Source: Chloroflexi bacterium ADurb.Bin325 (lineage in GTDB: Bacteria > Chloroflexota > Anaerolineae > CG2-30-64-16). Taken from it: DNA of 49,601 bases. The notes beneath the pieces were generated by a model. The model was not told the DNA's origin. It made no database searches and saw only the letters and a list, made by a program, of their open reading frames with translations. This document shows, one piece after another, positions 9,050 through 19,617 of the stretch. The position numbers and the translations under genes were made by a program. The stretch is taken from the NCBI GenBank assembly GCA_002068935.1, contig MWBF01000002.1, forward strand, positions 1-49,601. The letters are read 5' to 3'. Positions within the stretch are counted from its first letter, which is position 1. Each line of letters starts with the position of its first letter.

Positions 9050-10057
9050 GTGAGATTCGTAAAGCGCTATCTCATCCCGCGGCTCATCCAATATGTGGGC
9101 GTGACCTGGCTGGGGATCACGATGATCTTCTTCCTGCCCCGGCTGATGCCCATCGGCCCGGTGGAGAAGGCGGTCGCCCAGATCGAGGCCCGCGGGGCCT
9201 ACACGGATCCGAAGGCCGCCGAACAGACGATCCTCGCGCTCAAGCAGATGTACGGCCTCGATAAGGGCCTGGCCGAGCAATATCTCAACTTCTGGCGGCG
9301 GCTCTTCGCGGGCGATTTCGGCCCGTCGCTGGTGGCGTTCCCCACCCCGGTGAACACCCTGATCGCCACATCGCTGCCGTGGACGATCGGCCTGCTGCTG
9401 ACCACCACGGTGCTGGTCTTCATCCTCGGAAACCTTTCGGGCGGGCTGGCCGGACACTTCCGGCAGAGCCGGATAATGAAGGTCTTGGACGGGGCAGCCA
9501 TGATCCTGGCGCCCATGCCCTACTATATCGTGGCGCTCATGCTGATCATCCTGTTCGCCTACATCGTGCCCCGCTTCCCGGTCGGCGGCGCGTACACCAT
9601 CGGCGCGCCGATCACGTTCTCCCCGGCCTTCATCAAGGATGTCCTGTGGCACGCGTTTCTGCCGGCGCTGTCGCTGGTCGCGCTGGGCGTCGCCACGACA
9701 CATCAGATCATGCGGCTCATCGTCCAGGGCGTGAACGAGGAGGATTACGTGCGCTATGCGCGCATCGGCGCGGTCAGCTCGAGCACCATCTTTACGCGCT
9801 ACATCATGCGCAACGCGATGCTGCCGCAGATCACCCGGTTTGCCATGGGGTTCGCGGGGCTTTTCAGCGGCGCCCTCATCACGGAAGTAGTCTTCGCCTA
9901 TCCGGGCATCGGCTTCCTGGCCTATCGGGCCATCCAGGCCTCCGACTACAACGTGCTCATGGGCATCACGACCCTGTCCATCATCGCGCTGACGACGAGC
10001 ACCCTGATCATGGATCTGCTCAACCCGCTGTTCGACCCCAGGATCCGGCTGACCTGA
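9050..10057 (+). CDS. ABC transporter permease (DppB/OppB type)
   Basis: Six hydrophobic segments and an EAA-like loop region (YVRYARIGAVSSSTIFTRYIMRNA). GTG at 9050 follows GGAGGAAAG; the alternative start is 9005. Confidence 0.85.
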   Translation: MRFVKRYLIPRLIQYVGVTWLGITMIFFLPRLMPIGPVEKAVAQIEARGAYTDPKAAEQTILALKQMYGLDKGLAEQYLNFWRRLFAGDFGPSLVAFPTPVNTLIATSLPWTIGLLLTTTVLVFILGNLSGGLAGHFRQSRIMKVLDGAAMILAPMPYYIVALMLIILFAYIVPRFPVGGAYTIGAPITFSPAFIKDVLWHAFLPALSLVALGVATTHQIMRLIVQGVNEEDYVRYARIGAVSSSTIFTRYIMRNAMLPQITRFAMGFAGLFSGALITEVVFAYPGIGFLAYRAIQASDYNVLMGITTLSIIALTTSTLIMDLLNPLFDPRIRLT

Positions 10058-10070
10058 AAGAATCTGCCCC

Positions 10071-10925
10071 ATGAAGACCTTGCAAGCGCTCCTGAGAGAC
10101 ACGCGGTTCAGCATCGGCGCAGCCATCATGCTCGTGCTGATCGTGTTGGCCGTCCTCTCGTTTGTCTCGCCCTATAATCCCCAGGAGTGGCGTCAGGTGC
10201 CGCGCGACCTGCCGCCGTCCGGGAAGTATCTCCTGGGCACCAGCTCGCTGGGCCAGGACGTGTTCTGGCAGCTCACGGCGGCCATCCGCAACTCGCTCCT
10301 GCTGGCCGTCTTTGCGGCGGCCATCTCCCGCGTGATCGCGCTGACGGTCGGCCTGGTGTCCGGCTATGCCGGCGGCATCATCGACCGCGTCCTCATGTTC
10401 ATCAACGACGGCTTCATCGTGCTGCCGCTGCTGCTGATCCTCATCCTGCTGGCGCTGATGCTCCAGGAACAGCTCAGCCTGCTGACCATGGGGCTGCTGT
10501 TCGGGATCTTCGGCTGGGCGCTGGATGCGCGGTTCATCCGCTCGCAGATCCTGAGCCTGCGGGAACGGGAGTTCACCCACACGGCCATCCTCTCGGGAAC
10601 CCCCCCGCTCAGGCTGATCTTCGACGAGTATCTGCTCTTCGTGATGCCGCTGACCATGGCGACGCTCATCGGCAACATGATCTGGGTGACGGGCATGGAG
10701 GTCACGCTGGCCTATCTCGGCCTGACCGACATCACCATCCCGACGCTGGGCACCATGCTCCACTATGCCCTCAACTATCAGGCGATCCTCCTCGGCCTCT
10801 GGTGGTGGATCTTTGCGCCGATCGGGGCCTCGGTATTGCTCTTCGTCGCCCTCTATCTGCTGTCGATCAGCATCAGCGAATATCTTGATCCGCGCGCCCG
10901 CATCCAGCGGGTGGGTGTACGGTAA
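10071..10925 (+). CDS. ABC transporter permease (DppC/OppC type)
   Basis: 284 aa, polytopic, with a binding-protein-dependent transport inner-membrane signature region (FIRSQILSLREREFTHTAILSGTPP). It immediately follows the first permease. Confidence 0.9.
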   Translation: MKTLQALLRDTRFSIGAAIMLVLIVLAVLSFVSPYNPQEWRQVPRDLPPSGKYLLGTSSLGQDVFWQLTAAIRNSLLLAVFAAAISRVIALTVGLVSGYAGGIIDRVLMFINDGFIVLPLLLILILLALMLQEQLSLLTMGLLFGIFGWALDARFIRSQILSLREREFTHTAILSGTPPLRLIFDEYLLFVMPLTMATLIGNMIWVTGMEVTLAYLGLTDITIPTLGTMLHYALNYQAILLGLWWWIFAPIGASVLLFVALYLLSISISEYLDPRARIQRVGVR

Positions 10926-10936
10926 GGGGGCCGGCC

Positions 10937-11920
<984 letters not shown>

Positions 11921-11921
11921 C

Positions 11922-12890
11922 ATGGGCGCCATTCTCGAGCTGCAAGACGTGAGCAAGGTGTTCCATGTGGGCAGCATGCTGTCGCGGCTGCGCATCACGG
12001 CGGTGGATCGGGCGTCGCTGCAGGTCGGGGCCGGCGAGATCTTCGGGCTGGCCGGGGAGAGCGGGTCGGGCAAGAGCACGCTGGCGCGCATGATCCTGGG
12101 CTTCGAGGAGCCGACCGCGGGGACGATCATCCACCGGCGCAAGGACGGCCAGCCGCTGACCGGCCAGCAGATCTGGCGGCAGGCCGGGGTGCAGGCGGTG
12201 TTCCAGAACCCGTTCGAGACCTTCAACCCGCTGCGCCAGGTGGAGAGCTATTTCTTTGCCGCGGTGCGCTACTTCGGGCTGGCCGCCACGCGGCCGGATG
12301 CGCTGGCGCGCATCGAGCGGGTGCTACAGATGGTCGGCATGAGCTACGAGGCGATCGCCGGCCGCTACCCCGCGGAGTTCTCCGGCGGCCAGCTCCAGCG
12401 CGTCTCCATCGCCCGCTCGCTGCTCAGCGAGCCGTCGCTCCTGATCGCGGACGAGCCGGTGTCGATGGTGGACGCCTCGCTGCGCATGTCGATCATGAAC
12501 CTGTTCCGCGAGCTGGTCGACCGGCTGGGCCTGGGCGTGGTCTACATCACGCACGACCTGGCGACGGCCTACTACGTGTGCGATCGGATCGCGATCATGT
12601 TCCGCGGGGACATCATGACCATGGGCGACGTGGATAAGGTCCTGGTCGATCCCCGCCACCCCTACGTCCGGCTGCTGCGCGAGTCGATCCCCGAGCCGAA
12701 CCCCCAGCAACGCTGGCGGCGCAAGGTGCAACTGGCCGAGAACGAGACGGAGGAGTATCTGCGCACGGGCTGCAAGTTCGCCGGCCGCTGTCCGCAGGTG
12801 ATGGATATCTGTCGGCGGGTGCCGCCGCCCGTCGTCATGGACGGCGATGTGCAGGTCAAATGCCACCTGTTCAGCGGCCCCACCGGGTGA
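11922..12890 (+). CDS. ABC transporter ATP-binding protein (DppF/OppF type)
   Basis: Walker A GESGSGKST, signature FSGGQLQR, Walker B LIADEP, and C-terminal GCKFAGRCPQVMDIC. Start is 1 nt after the preceding stop. Confidence 0.9.
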   Translation: MGAILELQDVSKVFHVGSMLSRLRITAVDRASLQVGAGEIFGLAGESGSGKSTLARMILGFEEPTAGTIIHRRKDGQPLTGQQIWRQAGVQAVFQNPFETFNPLRQVESYFFAAVRYFGLAATRPDALARIERVLQMVGMSYEAIAGRYPAEFSGGQLQRVSIARSLLSEPSLLIADEPVSMVDASLRMSIMNLFRELVDRLGLGVVYITHDLATAYYVCDRIAIMFRGDIMTMGDVDKVLVDPRHPYVRLLRESIPEPNPQQRWRRKVQLAENETEEYLRTGCKFAGRCPQVMDICRRVPPPVVMDGDVQVKCHLFSGPTG

Positions 12891-12915
12891 CGGGCGATCA
12901 CCCCGACGCAAGCAT

Positions 12916-12979
12916 CTATCCAAAATCGGCTCTGTTCGATCTCGACCAAAGCAGCCGGGCCCGAACAGGGCCAATTTTA
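12916..12979. repeat. Possible degenerate relative of the family-B element
   Basis: It starts CTATCCAAAA, contains the hairpin CTGTTCG...CGAACAG and ends CCAATTTTA, immediately before the AAGGAG ribosome-binding site of the MDR gene. Similarity is weak. Confidence 0.3.
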
Positions 12980-12989
12980 AGGAGAATTT

Positions 12990-13973
12990 ATGGAAACCGA
13001 GGCCATCGTCTTCACCGGGGTCGGTGAGGTTGCGCTGCAAACGATCGACATGCCCGACCCCGCGCCGGGCGAGGTGCAGATCCGGACGCGCTATTCGGTC
13101 ATCAGCGCGGGCACGGAGGGGTGGACATGCCGCAACCTGTTCACCTGGTCGCCGACGCGCTACCCGTGCGTGCCGGGCTATCAGCGCGTCGGCGTGATCA
13201 CGAAGGTCGGCGCGGGGGTCGCGGGCTGGCAGGTCGGAGATGTGGTGATGGCGACCTCCGGCCGCTGGGAAGGCCCGGTGCGGCCGTTCTGGGGCGCGCA
13301 TCTGGCCGACGCCAACACCGTCGCGGCCGAGCTGTACCGCATCCCCGCGGGCGCGGACGAGCTAGACGCCGCGGGCGCGGTGGTGGCGCAGGTGGGCTTC
13401 AACGCGGCGCACCGGGTCGCCCTCGCGCCGGGCGATTGGGTGGCGGTCTACGGCGACGGGCTGATCGGCCAGAGCGCGGCGCAGGCCGCGCGAGCGCGCG
13501 GCGCGCGCGTGATCCTGGTAGGCCATCGGCCCGAACGGCTGGCCCTGGCCGCCCAACACAGCGCCGACATCGTCGTGAACGGCCGTCAGGAGCCGGTGGC
13601 CGAGGCGGTGCGCCGGCATACCGACGGCCAGCCGCTCACCGCCGTGCTCGACACCGTGCAGACCGAGGACGCGCAGCGCGAGTACGTGCCGCTGCTGGAG
13701 CGGGGCCGCGGCCAGATCGTCTACAGCGGCTACACGCCCGGGACCGCCTGGGCCGACATGGCGCTGCTGCAACAGCGCGAGCTGACGACGCACTTCGTCT
13801 CGGGCTGGACGCGGCCCCGCATGGAGGCGACGCTGGCGCTGATGGCGGCCGGGAAGATGCGCCTGCGGCCGCTGATCACCCACCTGACGCCCCACACATC
13901 CGGGCCGGCCATGTACCGCATGATCCTGGACAAGTCCGCGCCGTTCGTGGGCATCGCTTTTGACTGGAGATAA
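12990..13973 (+). CDS. Medium-chain dehydrogenase/reductase (alcohol/polyol dehydrogenase-like)
   Basis: GroES-like N-domain (PGEVQIRTRYSVISAGTE...PGYQRVGVI) and Rossmann motif VYGDGLIGQSAAQAARARGA. AAGGAG lies 7 nt before the ATG. Confidence 0.8.
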   Translation: METEAIVFTGVGEVALQTIDMPDPAPGEVQIRTRYSVISAGTEGWTCRNLFTWSPTRYPCVPGYQRVGVITKVGAGVAGWQVGDVVMATSGRWEGPVRPFWGAHLADANTVAAELYRIPAGADELDAAGAVVAQVGFNAAHRVALAPGDWVAVYGDGLIGQSAAQAARARGARVILVGHRPERLALAAQHSADIVVNGRQEPVAEAVRRHTDGQPLTAVLDTVQTEDAQREYVPLLERGRGQIVYSGYTPGTAWADMALLQQRELTTHFVSGWTRPRMEATLALMAAGKMRLRPLITHLTPHTSGPAMYRMILDKSAPFVGIAFDWR

Positions 13974-13985
13974 CAGGAGAGCCAT

Positions 13986-14888
13986 ATGCGAGTCTTGATC
14001 ACAGGCGCCTGCGGCTTCTTGGGCCGCAGGCTCATCCGAGAGCTGGAGGAGCGCGGGCATGAGCTGCGCCTTCTCGATCGGGTCCGGCCGGAGGACGCCA
14101 CCGTCTACGTGCCGAGTTCCGGCGCGCGCGCGGCCGAGCCGCTGGTCACCGACTGGCCGTTCGTGGTAGCGGAAATCCTCGACGCCCCCGCGCTGCGCGC
14201 AGCCGCCGAAGGCATGGACGCGGTCGTGCACCTGGCGGCTGCGGTGACGGGCCTGCCGCAGTACGGCGTGGAGACCTTCCGCGACAATGCGCTGGGGACC
14301 TTCATCGTGTTGGACGCCGCCCGGCTGGCCGGGGCGCGCCGGTTCCTGTGCGCCTCCAGCATCAACGCATACGGCACCATCTTCTGGCGGATCAGCGGCC
14401 AGCCGTCGCCCTATGTGACCATGCCGCTGGACGAGAGCTTCGAGCCGGTGCCCGAGGACCCCTACAGCCTGAGCAAATACGTCAACGAGATCACCGCCGC
14501 GGCCTTCCATCGAGCCTACGGCATCACCACCGCGGCCTTCCGCTTCGCCGGCGTGTGGACCGAGGCGATGTACGAGCAGAGGCTCGCCGAGGGGCTGCCC
14601 CCGACGACGGCCTGGTCCGACACCCTATACCAATGGGTGCACGTCCTCGACATCGCGACCGGCCTGCGCCAGGCGCTGGAAGCGCCCGACCTGCCGGGGC
14701 ACGGCGTATACACGCTGGGCGCGGCCGACACCCGCTGCCCGGAGCCGACCCTGGAGCTCCTGCGCCGCTTCCGGCCCGACCTGGCGGCCAACGTCACCGC
14801 GCCCCTGGAGGGACGCGCGCCGCTGATCGCGATCGACCGCGCCCGGCAAACGTTCGGCTACAACCCGCGCTATCGGCTGGGGCCGTGA
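13986..14888 (+). CDS. NAD-dependent epimerase/dehydratase (extended SDR)
   Basis: N-terminal MRVLITGACGFLGRRL (GxxGxxG) and catalytic YSLSK (YxxxK). Start is 13 nt after the MDR stop, with CAGGAG upstream. Confidence 0.85.
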   Translation: MRVLITGACGFLGRRLIRELEERGHELRLLDRVRPEDATVYVPSSGARAAEPLVTDWPFVVAEILDAPALRAAAEGMDAVVHLAAAVTGLPQYGVETFRDNALGTFIVLDAARLAGARRFLCASSINAYGTIFWRISGQPSPYVTMPLDESFEPVPEDPYSLSKYVNEITAAAFHRAYGITTAAFRFAGVWTEAMYEQRLAEGLPPTTAWSDTLYQWVHVLDIATGLRQALEAPDLPGHGVYTLGAADTRCPEPTLELLRRFRPDLAANVTAPLEGRAPLIAIDRARQTFGYNPRYRLGP

Positions 14889-14962
14889 TCCGCGCGCCGC
14901 GATCTCCCTGAGCCGGGGCCTGTCGCTGCGTCGCAAACAGGCCCCCGGCGCAATCGCCTTGC

Positions 14963-15003
14963 CCGCAGGACGAGCTGGTCGGCAACCCGTCCTGCGGCGT
15001 TTT
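14963..15003 (+). terminator. Intrinsic-terminator-like hairpin with T-tract between the SDR and SIS genes
   Basis: The perfect 10-bp stem CCGCAGGACG (14963-72) / CGTCCTGCGG (14988-97) has a 15-nt loop and is followed by CGTTTT. A second hairpin (GGGGCCTGT/ACAGGCCCC) lies at 14915-14945. Confidence 0.5.
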
Positions 15004-15018
15004 CAGTGGAGCTGGAGC

Positions 15019-15651
15019 ATGAACCATCTGACGAACCTGCTCGGCCGCTACCCCGAGCTGACACCCATCGCGGCCGACATCGCGGCCGCGTGCGACCTGC
15101 TGGCCGCGTCCTATCGCGCGGGCGGCAAGGCGCTCATCTGCGGCAACGGCGGCAGCGCCTCGGACAGCGAGCACATCGTCGGCGAGCTAATGAAAGGGTT
15201 CCTGATGCGCCGCCCGACGCCGGACGCGCTGCGCGCGCAGCTACAGGCGGTCAGCGCCGAAGAGGGCGCATACCTGGCCGACCACCTGCAGGGCGCGCTG
15301 CCCGCCATCTCCCTGGTGAGCCACACGGCGCTCATCACGGCCTTTGCCAACGATGTCGCGGCCGACATGATCTTTGCGCAGCAGGTCTACGGCTACGGCC
15401 GGCCCGGCGACGTGTTGATCGGCATCAGCACGTCGGGCAACGCGGCCAACGTGCGTCATGCGCTCCAGGTGGCGCGGGCGGTCGGCGTCCACACGATCGG
15501 GCTGACCGGCGCGACGGGCGGGCGGATGCTGCCCTTCTGCGACGTCGCGATCCGCGTGCCGGTCGCGATGACCGCCGACGTGCAGGAGCGCCACCTCGCC
15601 ATCTACCACGCGCTCTGCGCGCAGGTGGAGGCGCTCTTCTTTGCAGAGTAA
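15019..15651 (+). CDS. SIS-domain sugar-phosphate isomerase (GmhA/phosphoheptose isomerase-like)
   Basis: KALICGNGGSASDSEHIVGEL and GISTSGNAANV motifs are typical of GmhA/DiaA-type SIS proteins. The ATG at 15019 is preceded by GGAGCTGGAG. The upstream part of ORF 14959 overlaps a terminator-like hairpin. Confidence 0.85.
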   Translation: MNHLTNLLGRYPELTPIAADIAAACDLLAASYRAGGKALICGNGGSASDSEHIVGELMKGFLMRRPTPDALRAQLQAVSAEEGAYLADHLQGALPAISLVSHTALITAFANDVAADMIFAQQVYGYGRPGDVLIGISTSGNAANVRHALQVARAVGVHTIGLTGATGGRMLPFCDVAIRVPVAMTADVQERHLAIYHALCAQVEALFFAE

Positions 15652-15712
15652 CAGACAGCGCGCAGGAGCTCCGCCCCGCGCGGATCCGAGGTTAAGGCAA
15701 TCTTAAAAGGGC

Positions 15713-15741
15713 TTGCGCTGCCGGGCCATCCCCGATACAAT
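15713..15741 (+). promoter_or_regulatory. Sigma-70-like promoter upstream of the thioredoxin-fold gene
   Basis: TTGCGC (15713-18), 17 nt, TACAAT (15736-41). Confidence 0.4.
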
Positions 15742-15816
15742 GCTGTGGGTTGTGACGAGAACGAACGGAAGACCGATCGATGCGGTGAACCATGAATCGG
15801 AGATGTGGAGACAGAC

Positions 15817-16284
15817 ATGCCCTGGATACGCTTCGGGCGGAATGAGCCGCCCGCGCCGTCCCTGCCGTTGCAGAACATGCAGGGACAGACGGTCGCGGTC
15901 AGCGACTACCGGGGACAGTCGTCGGTGGCGTTGGCCTTTCTGCACGCGCCGACCTGCCCGGCCTGTCGCGGGGTAATCGAGAACTGGGCCGCGCGGCAGG
16001 CCGAGGTGGAGGCGCTGAACAGCAAGCTGCTCCTGATCCTGCCCGCCGCGCCGGACGACGTCAGCGGGCTCGACCCCGCCGCCACGCTGCTCGACCCGCA
16101 GGGGCAACTGCGCCGGAGATATGCGCAGTTGCTGGAGTTCGACACCGAAGGGCAGATCCTGGTCTACGTGCTGGACGAGTTCAACACGCCCTATGCCGCG
16201 TGGGTGGGGGCCGAGCCGGAAGACACCATCTGGGAAGAGCTGCTCAGGTGGCTGCTATATGTATCGCTCCAATGTCCTGAGTGA
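15817..16284 (+). CDS. Thioredoxin-fold protein (AhpC/TSA-redoxin-like) with CPAC motif
   Basis: QGQTVAVSDYRGQSSVALAFLHAPTCPACR resembles the redoxin N-terminal strand plus CxxC. The ATG at 15817 is preceded by GGAGA; the alternative GTG is at 15805. Confidence 0.65.
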   Translation: MPWIRFGRNEPPAPSLPLQNMQGQTVAVSDYRGQSSVALAFLHAPTCPACRGVIENWAARQAEVEALNSKLLLILPAAPDDVSGLDPAATLLDPQGQLRRRYAQLLEFDTEGQILVYVLDEFNTPYAAWVGAEPEDTIWEELLRWLLYVSLQCPE

Positions 16285-16318
16285 GGGGCCGTCGAATGGC
16301 CCGTCGGGTCATAAAATC

Positions 16319-17329
16319 TCAGCGATACTTCCGCAGCACGTCCCAGCCGACCAGTTGCCGTGTGGCCTCGTCGATCAGGTGCAGCCGGACGCCCCGCAGG
16401 CTGGCCAGGAGGGTCAGCGGGCGGACCTGGAATGCAGGGGTCTGGCGATAGCACTGCTCCAGCCGATAGTTCGGGATCTTCGGGCTCAGGTGGTGGATGT
16501 GGTGGAAGCCGATGTTGCCCGTGAACCACTGCAACACGCGCGGCAGCCGGTAGAACGAGCTGCCTTGCAGCCCCGCGCGCACGAAGCTCCAGCGATCCTT
16601 CATCTCCCAGTACACCCCTTCGAACTGGTGCTGCACGTAGAACAGCCAGACGCCCGCCGTGCAGGCCAGCAGCGCGACCGGCAGCAGGACCGCCAGCACC
16701 GCCTTCCAGCCGAAGATGAGCGCCAGCCCGCCGTAGAAGGCCAGCACGCCCAGGTTCGTCAGGTGCACGCTGAGCCGCTCGCGGCCCTCCGCGTGCCTGG
16801 GCGGGAAGCGGTGGACGACGAGAAACATGATCGCCGAGCCAACCGTGAAGAGGATCAACGGGAAGCGGAGGATCCGATAGCCCGCCCGCGTATACCACGG
16901 CGCGGCCAGATATTCCCGCACGGTCATGGTGGGCACGTCGCCGACGTTGCGCTTGTCGATGTTGCCCGCGGTCGCATGATGGATGGCGTGGTCGTGCCGC
17001 CACTGGTAGAAGGGGGTGAAGGTCAGGATGCCGAGCACGATGCCGACCGCTTCGTTGGCCTTCTTCGACTTGAAAAACGATCCGTGACAGCAATCGTGAA
17101 AGATGATAAAGGTGCGCACCATGAACCCCGCGGTGGGGATCGCCAGCAGCAGCGTGACCCAATACGGGATGCGCACGCTCGTGGTGGTCACGCTCCACAA
17201 CATGGCGCTCCACAGCACGACGAAGGGGAGCACGGTGTTGACGAGCTGCCAGATGGCCTGCCGCAGGTCGGCCTTGGCATACGGCGCGACAAGTTTTTGC
17301 CAGTTTAGCCTGTCCAGGTCAATATCCAC
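16319..17329 (-). CDS. Membrane fatty-acid desaturase
   Basis: Three histidine boxes: HDCCHG, HDHAIHH, HHIHHL. Hydrophobic N-terminal half. The GTG start is preceded by AAGGAG. Confidence 0.9.
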   Translation of the reverse strand: MDIDLDRLNWQKLVAPYAKADLRQAIWQLVNTVLPFVVLWSAMLWSVTTTSVRIPYWVTLLLAIPTAGFMVRTFIIFHDCCHGSFFKSKKANEAVGIVLGILTFTPFYQWRHDHAIHHATAGNIDKRNVGDVPTMTVREYLAAPWYTRAGYRILRFPLILFTVGSAIMFLVVHRFPPRHAEGRERLSVHLTNLGVLAFYGGLALIFGWKAVLAVLLPVALLACTAGVWLFYVQHQFEGVYWEMKDRWSFVRAGLQGSSFYRLPRVLQWFTGNIGFHHIHHLSPKIPNYRLEQCYRQTPAFQVRPLTLLASLRGVRLHLIDEATRQLVGWDVLRKYR

Positions 17330-17403
17330 AGAAAAAACTCCTTTTCTCTATTGTACCACAGGGATCATGCCTGTCGAAACAAAACGGGGGGGATAAGAGA
17401 CCG

Positions 17404-17949
17404 ATGCCACAACCTACCCGCGCCGAACTACAGCTCGCCGCCGGCAGCCGCGTGTCCGACGTCATCGCGCCGGGGCTGCGCATCCTGTTCTGCGGCATCA
17501 ACCCCGGCCTCTACTCCGGCTACACCGGCCATCACTTTGCCCGGCCGGGCAACCGCTTCTGGCCGGCGCTGCACGCGGCAGGGTTCACGGATCGGGTGCT
17601 GCGGCCGGAGGAGGAGCGGGAGCTCCTGCTGCGCGGGTACGGCATCACGAACCTGGTCGAGCGGGCCACCGCGGCCGCGGCGGAGCTGACCGCGGCCGAG
17701 CTACGCGCCGGCAAGGAGCGGCTGGCCGCAAAGGTCGCCGAGTATCGGCCGGCCGCGGTGGCCGTGCTGGGCATCGGCGTGTTCCGGCTGGCCTTCGAAC
17801 GGCCGCAGGCCGCGCTGGGCCGCCAGCCGGAGGGGCTGGCCGGCGCCGCGCTGTGGGTACTGCCGAACCCGAGCGGGCTCAACGCCCATTACACCCCCGC
17901 CGAACTGGCGCGGGTCTATCGGGAGTTTCGCGAGGCGGCGGAGGCGTAG
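17404..17949 (+). CDS. mug: G/U mismatch-specific uracil-DNA glycosylase
   Basis: LRILFCGINPGLYSGYTGHHFARPGNRFW and VLPNPSGLN closely parallel the E. coli Mug active-site motifs. Confidence 0.85.
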   Translation: MPQPTRAELQLAAGSRVSDVIAPGLRILFCGINPGLYSGYTGHHFARPGNRFWPALHAAGFTDRVLRPEEERELLLRGYGITNLVERATAAAAELTAAELRAGKERLAAKVAEYRPAAVAVLGIGVFRLAFERPQAALGRQPEGLAGAALWVLPNPSGLNAHYTPAELARVYREFREAAEA

Positions 17950-17958
17950 GCGGCGCGC

Positions 17959-19617
17959 TTACGGCTGCCCATGCTCCTTCGGGGGCGGGGATGCAGGCCG
18001 CGGGGTTATCACCCGCACGAGCGTGCCGCAGTCCGGCGCGCTCCGGATAGTCAGCCGCGAGCCCACATTCGCCGCGCGCTCGCGCATCGACTGAAGCCCC
18101 AGGTGCGCCGGATAGGGCAGGTCCGGGTCGAAGCCCGCGCCGTCATCCTCCACCTCCAAAATGACCGCGTCCGGCTCCGTCCGCAGGCGCAGGTCGATCC
18201 GCCGGGCGTTCGCATGGCGGCCCGCGTTCTGCATGGCCTCCTGCGCGATGCGGTAGAGGGCCTCCTTCTGCTCCGGCGCAAGGTGGGGCTCGCCGGCCAG
18301 CGCCGCCTCCACCGGCAGCCGGTAGCGCGCCCTGATGGTCGCGGCCTGCCGCTCCAGCGCGCCGACCAGCCCCTCGCGCTCCAGCGATTCGGGCCGCAGC
18401 TCGAAGATCAGCGCGCGCATCTCGGCCGCGGCGGTCTCCGCCAGCGTCAGGATATACCGCAGCGCGGCCTCCGTCTCCGCCGGCCTCTGCGCCAGCATCT
18501 CCAGCGCCGCGTGGCTGCCCAGGGCAATGCCGTAGAGCGCCTGCGAGATGGAGTCGTGCAGCTCGCGCGCCAGCCGCTGCCGCTCCGCCAGCACGGCCGC
18601 CAGTTGGGCCTGGCGGTGCAACTGCGCGTTTTCGACCGCCACCGCAGCCTGGTTGGCAATCCCCAGCGCGACCTCCGCCTGCCGGCGCGTGAAGTGGGCC
18701 GGCTCCGGGTGCGTCACGCGCAACATGCCGACCACGCGCTCCTTGACCAGCAGCGGGATGCCCAGCCACGACCGGCTGCCCTCGAAGGTCCCGCGGATGG
18801 CCTCGGAGGTCTCGTGTTGCAGCCGATAGGCCAGCGGATCGGTCTCGTCGGCCACGTCATCCACGATCACGGGCGTGCGATGGCTGAATATGTCCCGAAA
18901 GATCGGCGCGCCGTCGACCGAGCTGTGGACCCACTGCAACGCGGCGTCGGGCGAGTCCCTGTCGTAGACCAGGACATCCAGCCGGCCCTCCTGGGCCACG
19001 AACACCGCGGCCTTGTTGAAATCGAGGATCGGCCTCAGATGATCCAGGATGCGCAGGAGGATCTGCTTCAGATCCAGCGTCGAGGCCAGATCTTGCGACA
19101 CATCCAGCAGGCTGGCCAGCTCGTCCGCGCGGCGGCGGGCCTCCCGGGCCAGCTCCTCGACCTGTCTGCGCGCCTCGACCAGCGCCGTCACCTCGCTGAC
19201 GAGCAGGAGCAGCCCTTCCAGCTCCTCGCCGGCCTGGATCGGCACCAGCGACCACTGCCAGTAGGTCGCGCCGCGGGCAAAGCCCTCGTACGCAAACTCC
19301 CAGGCGCGAAACGGCTCGCCCGTCTCCGCCACCCGCCGGAAGATGGCCAGGATGCCCGCCTCGGCCGCGCCGGGGATGAACTCCTCCAGCGTGCGGCCCA
19401 CGACGCCGTCCGCGGTGAACGGCGGCTCGAGGAACTGAAGGTAGGCTTGATTGGTCCAGATGACGCGCAGGCTTGCGCGGTCGAACAGCGCGATGCCCGC
19501 GGGCACATGATCGATGACGGCCTGCACGATGCGCCGCTGGCGATCCAGCCCGTCGAACAGCGCCTCGTGCTCGCGCGCGGCCCCCTCCCCCGCCGGAGCC
19601 TTGCCCGGCCTATCCAT
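17959..19617 (-). CDS. Soluble sensor histidine kinase, PAS-GAF-HisKA_3-HATPase
   Basis: PAS-like N-terminus, a GAF-like middle, the H-box ELHDSISQALYGI (NarX/DegS-type dimerisation domain), and an ATPase N box and G boxes (QEAMQNAGRHA, EDDGAGF, LGLQSMRERA). Confidence 0.9.
   Translation of the reverse strand: MDRPGKAPAGEGAAREHEALFDGLDRQRRIVQAVIDHVPAGIALFDRASLRVIWTNQAYLQFLEPPFTADGVVGRTLEEFIPGAAEAGILAIFRRVAETGEPFRAWEFAYEGFARGATYWQWSLVPIQAGEELEGLLLLVSEVTALVEARRQVEELAREARRRADELASLLDVSQDLASTLDLKQILLRILDHLRPILDFNKAAVFVAQEGRLDVLVYDRDSPDAALQWVHSSVDGAPIFRDIFSHRTPVIVDDVADETDPLAYRLQHETSEAIRGTFEGSRSWLGIPLLVKERVVGMLRVTHPEPAHFTRRQAEVALGIANQAAVAVENAQLHRQAQLAAVLAERQRLARELHDSISQALYGIALGSHAALEMLAQRPAETEAALRYILTLAETAAAEMRALIFELRPESLEREGLVGALERQAATIRARYRLPVEAALAGEPHLAPEQKEALYRIAQEAMQNAGRHANARRIDLRLRTEPDAVILEVEDDGAGFDPDLPYPAHLGLQSMRERAANVGSRLTIRSAPDCGTLVRVITPRPASPPPKEHGQP

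Noticed and set aside
16285-16318. Short hairpin GGGCC-GTCGAAT-GGCCC between the convergent thioredoxin-fold and desaturase genes, considered as a terminator.
   Set aside because: It has only a 5-bp stem and no T-tract on either strand, which is too weak to call.
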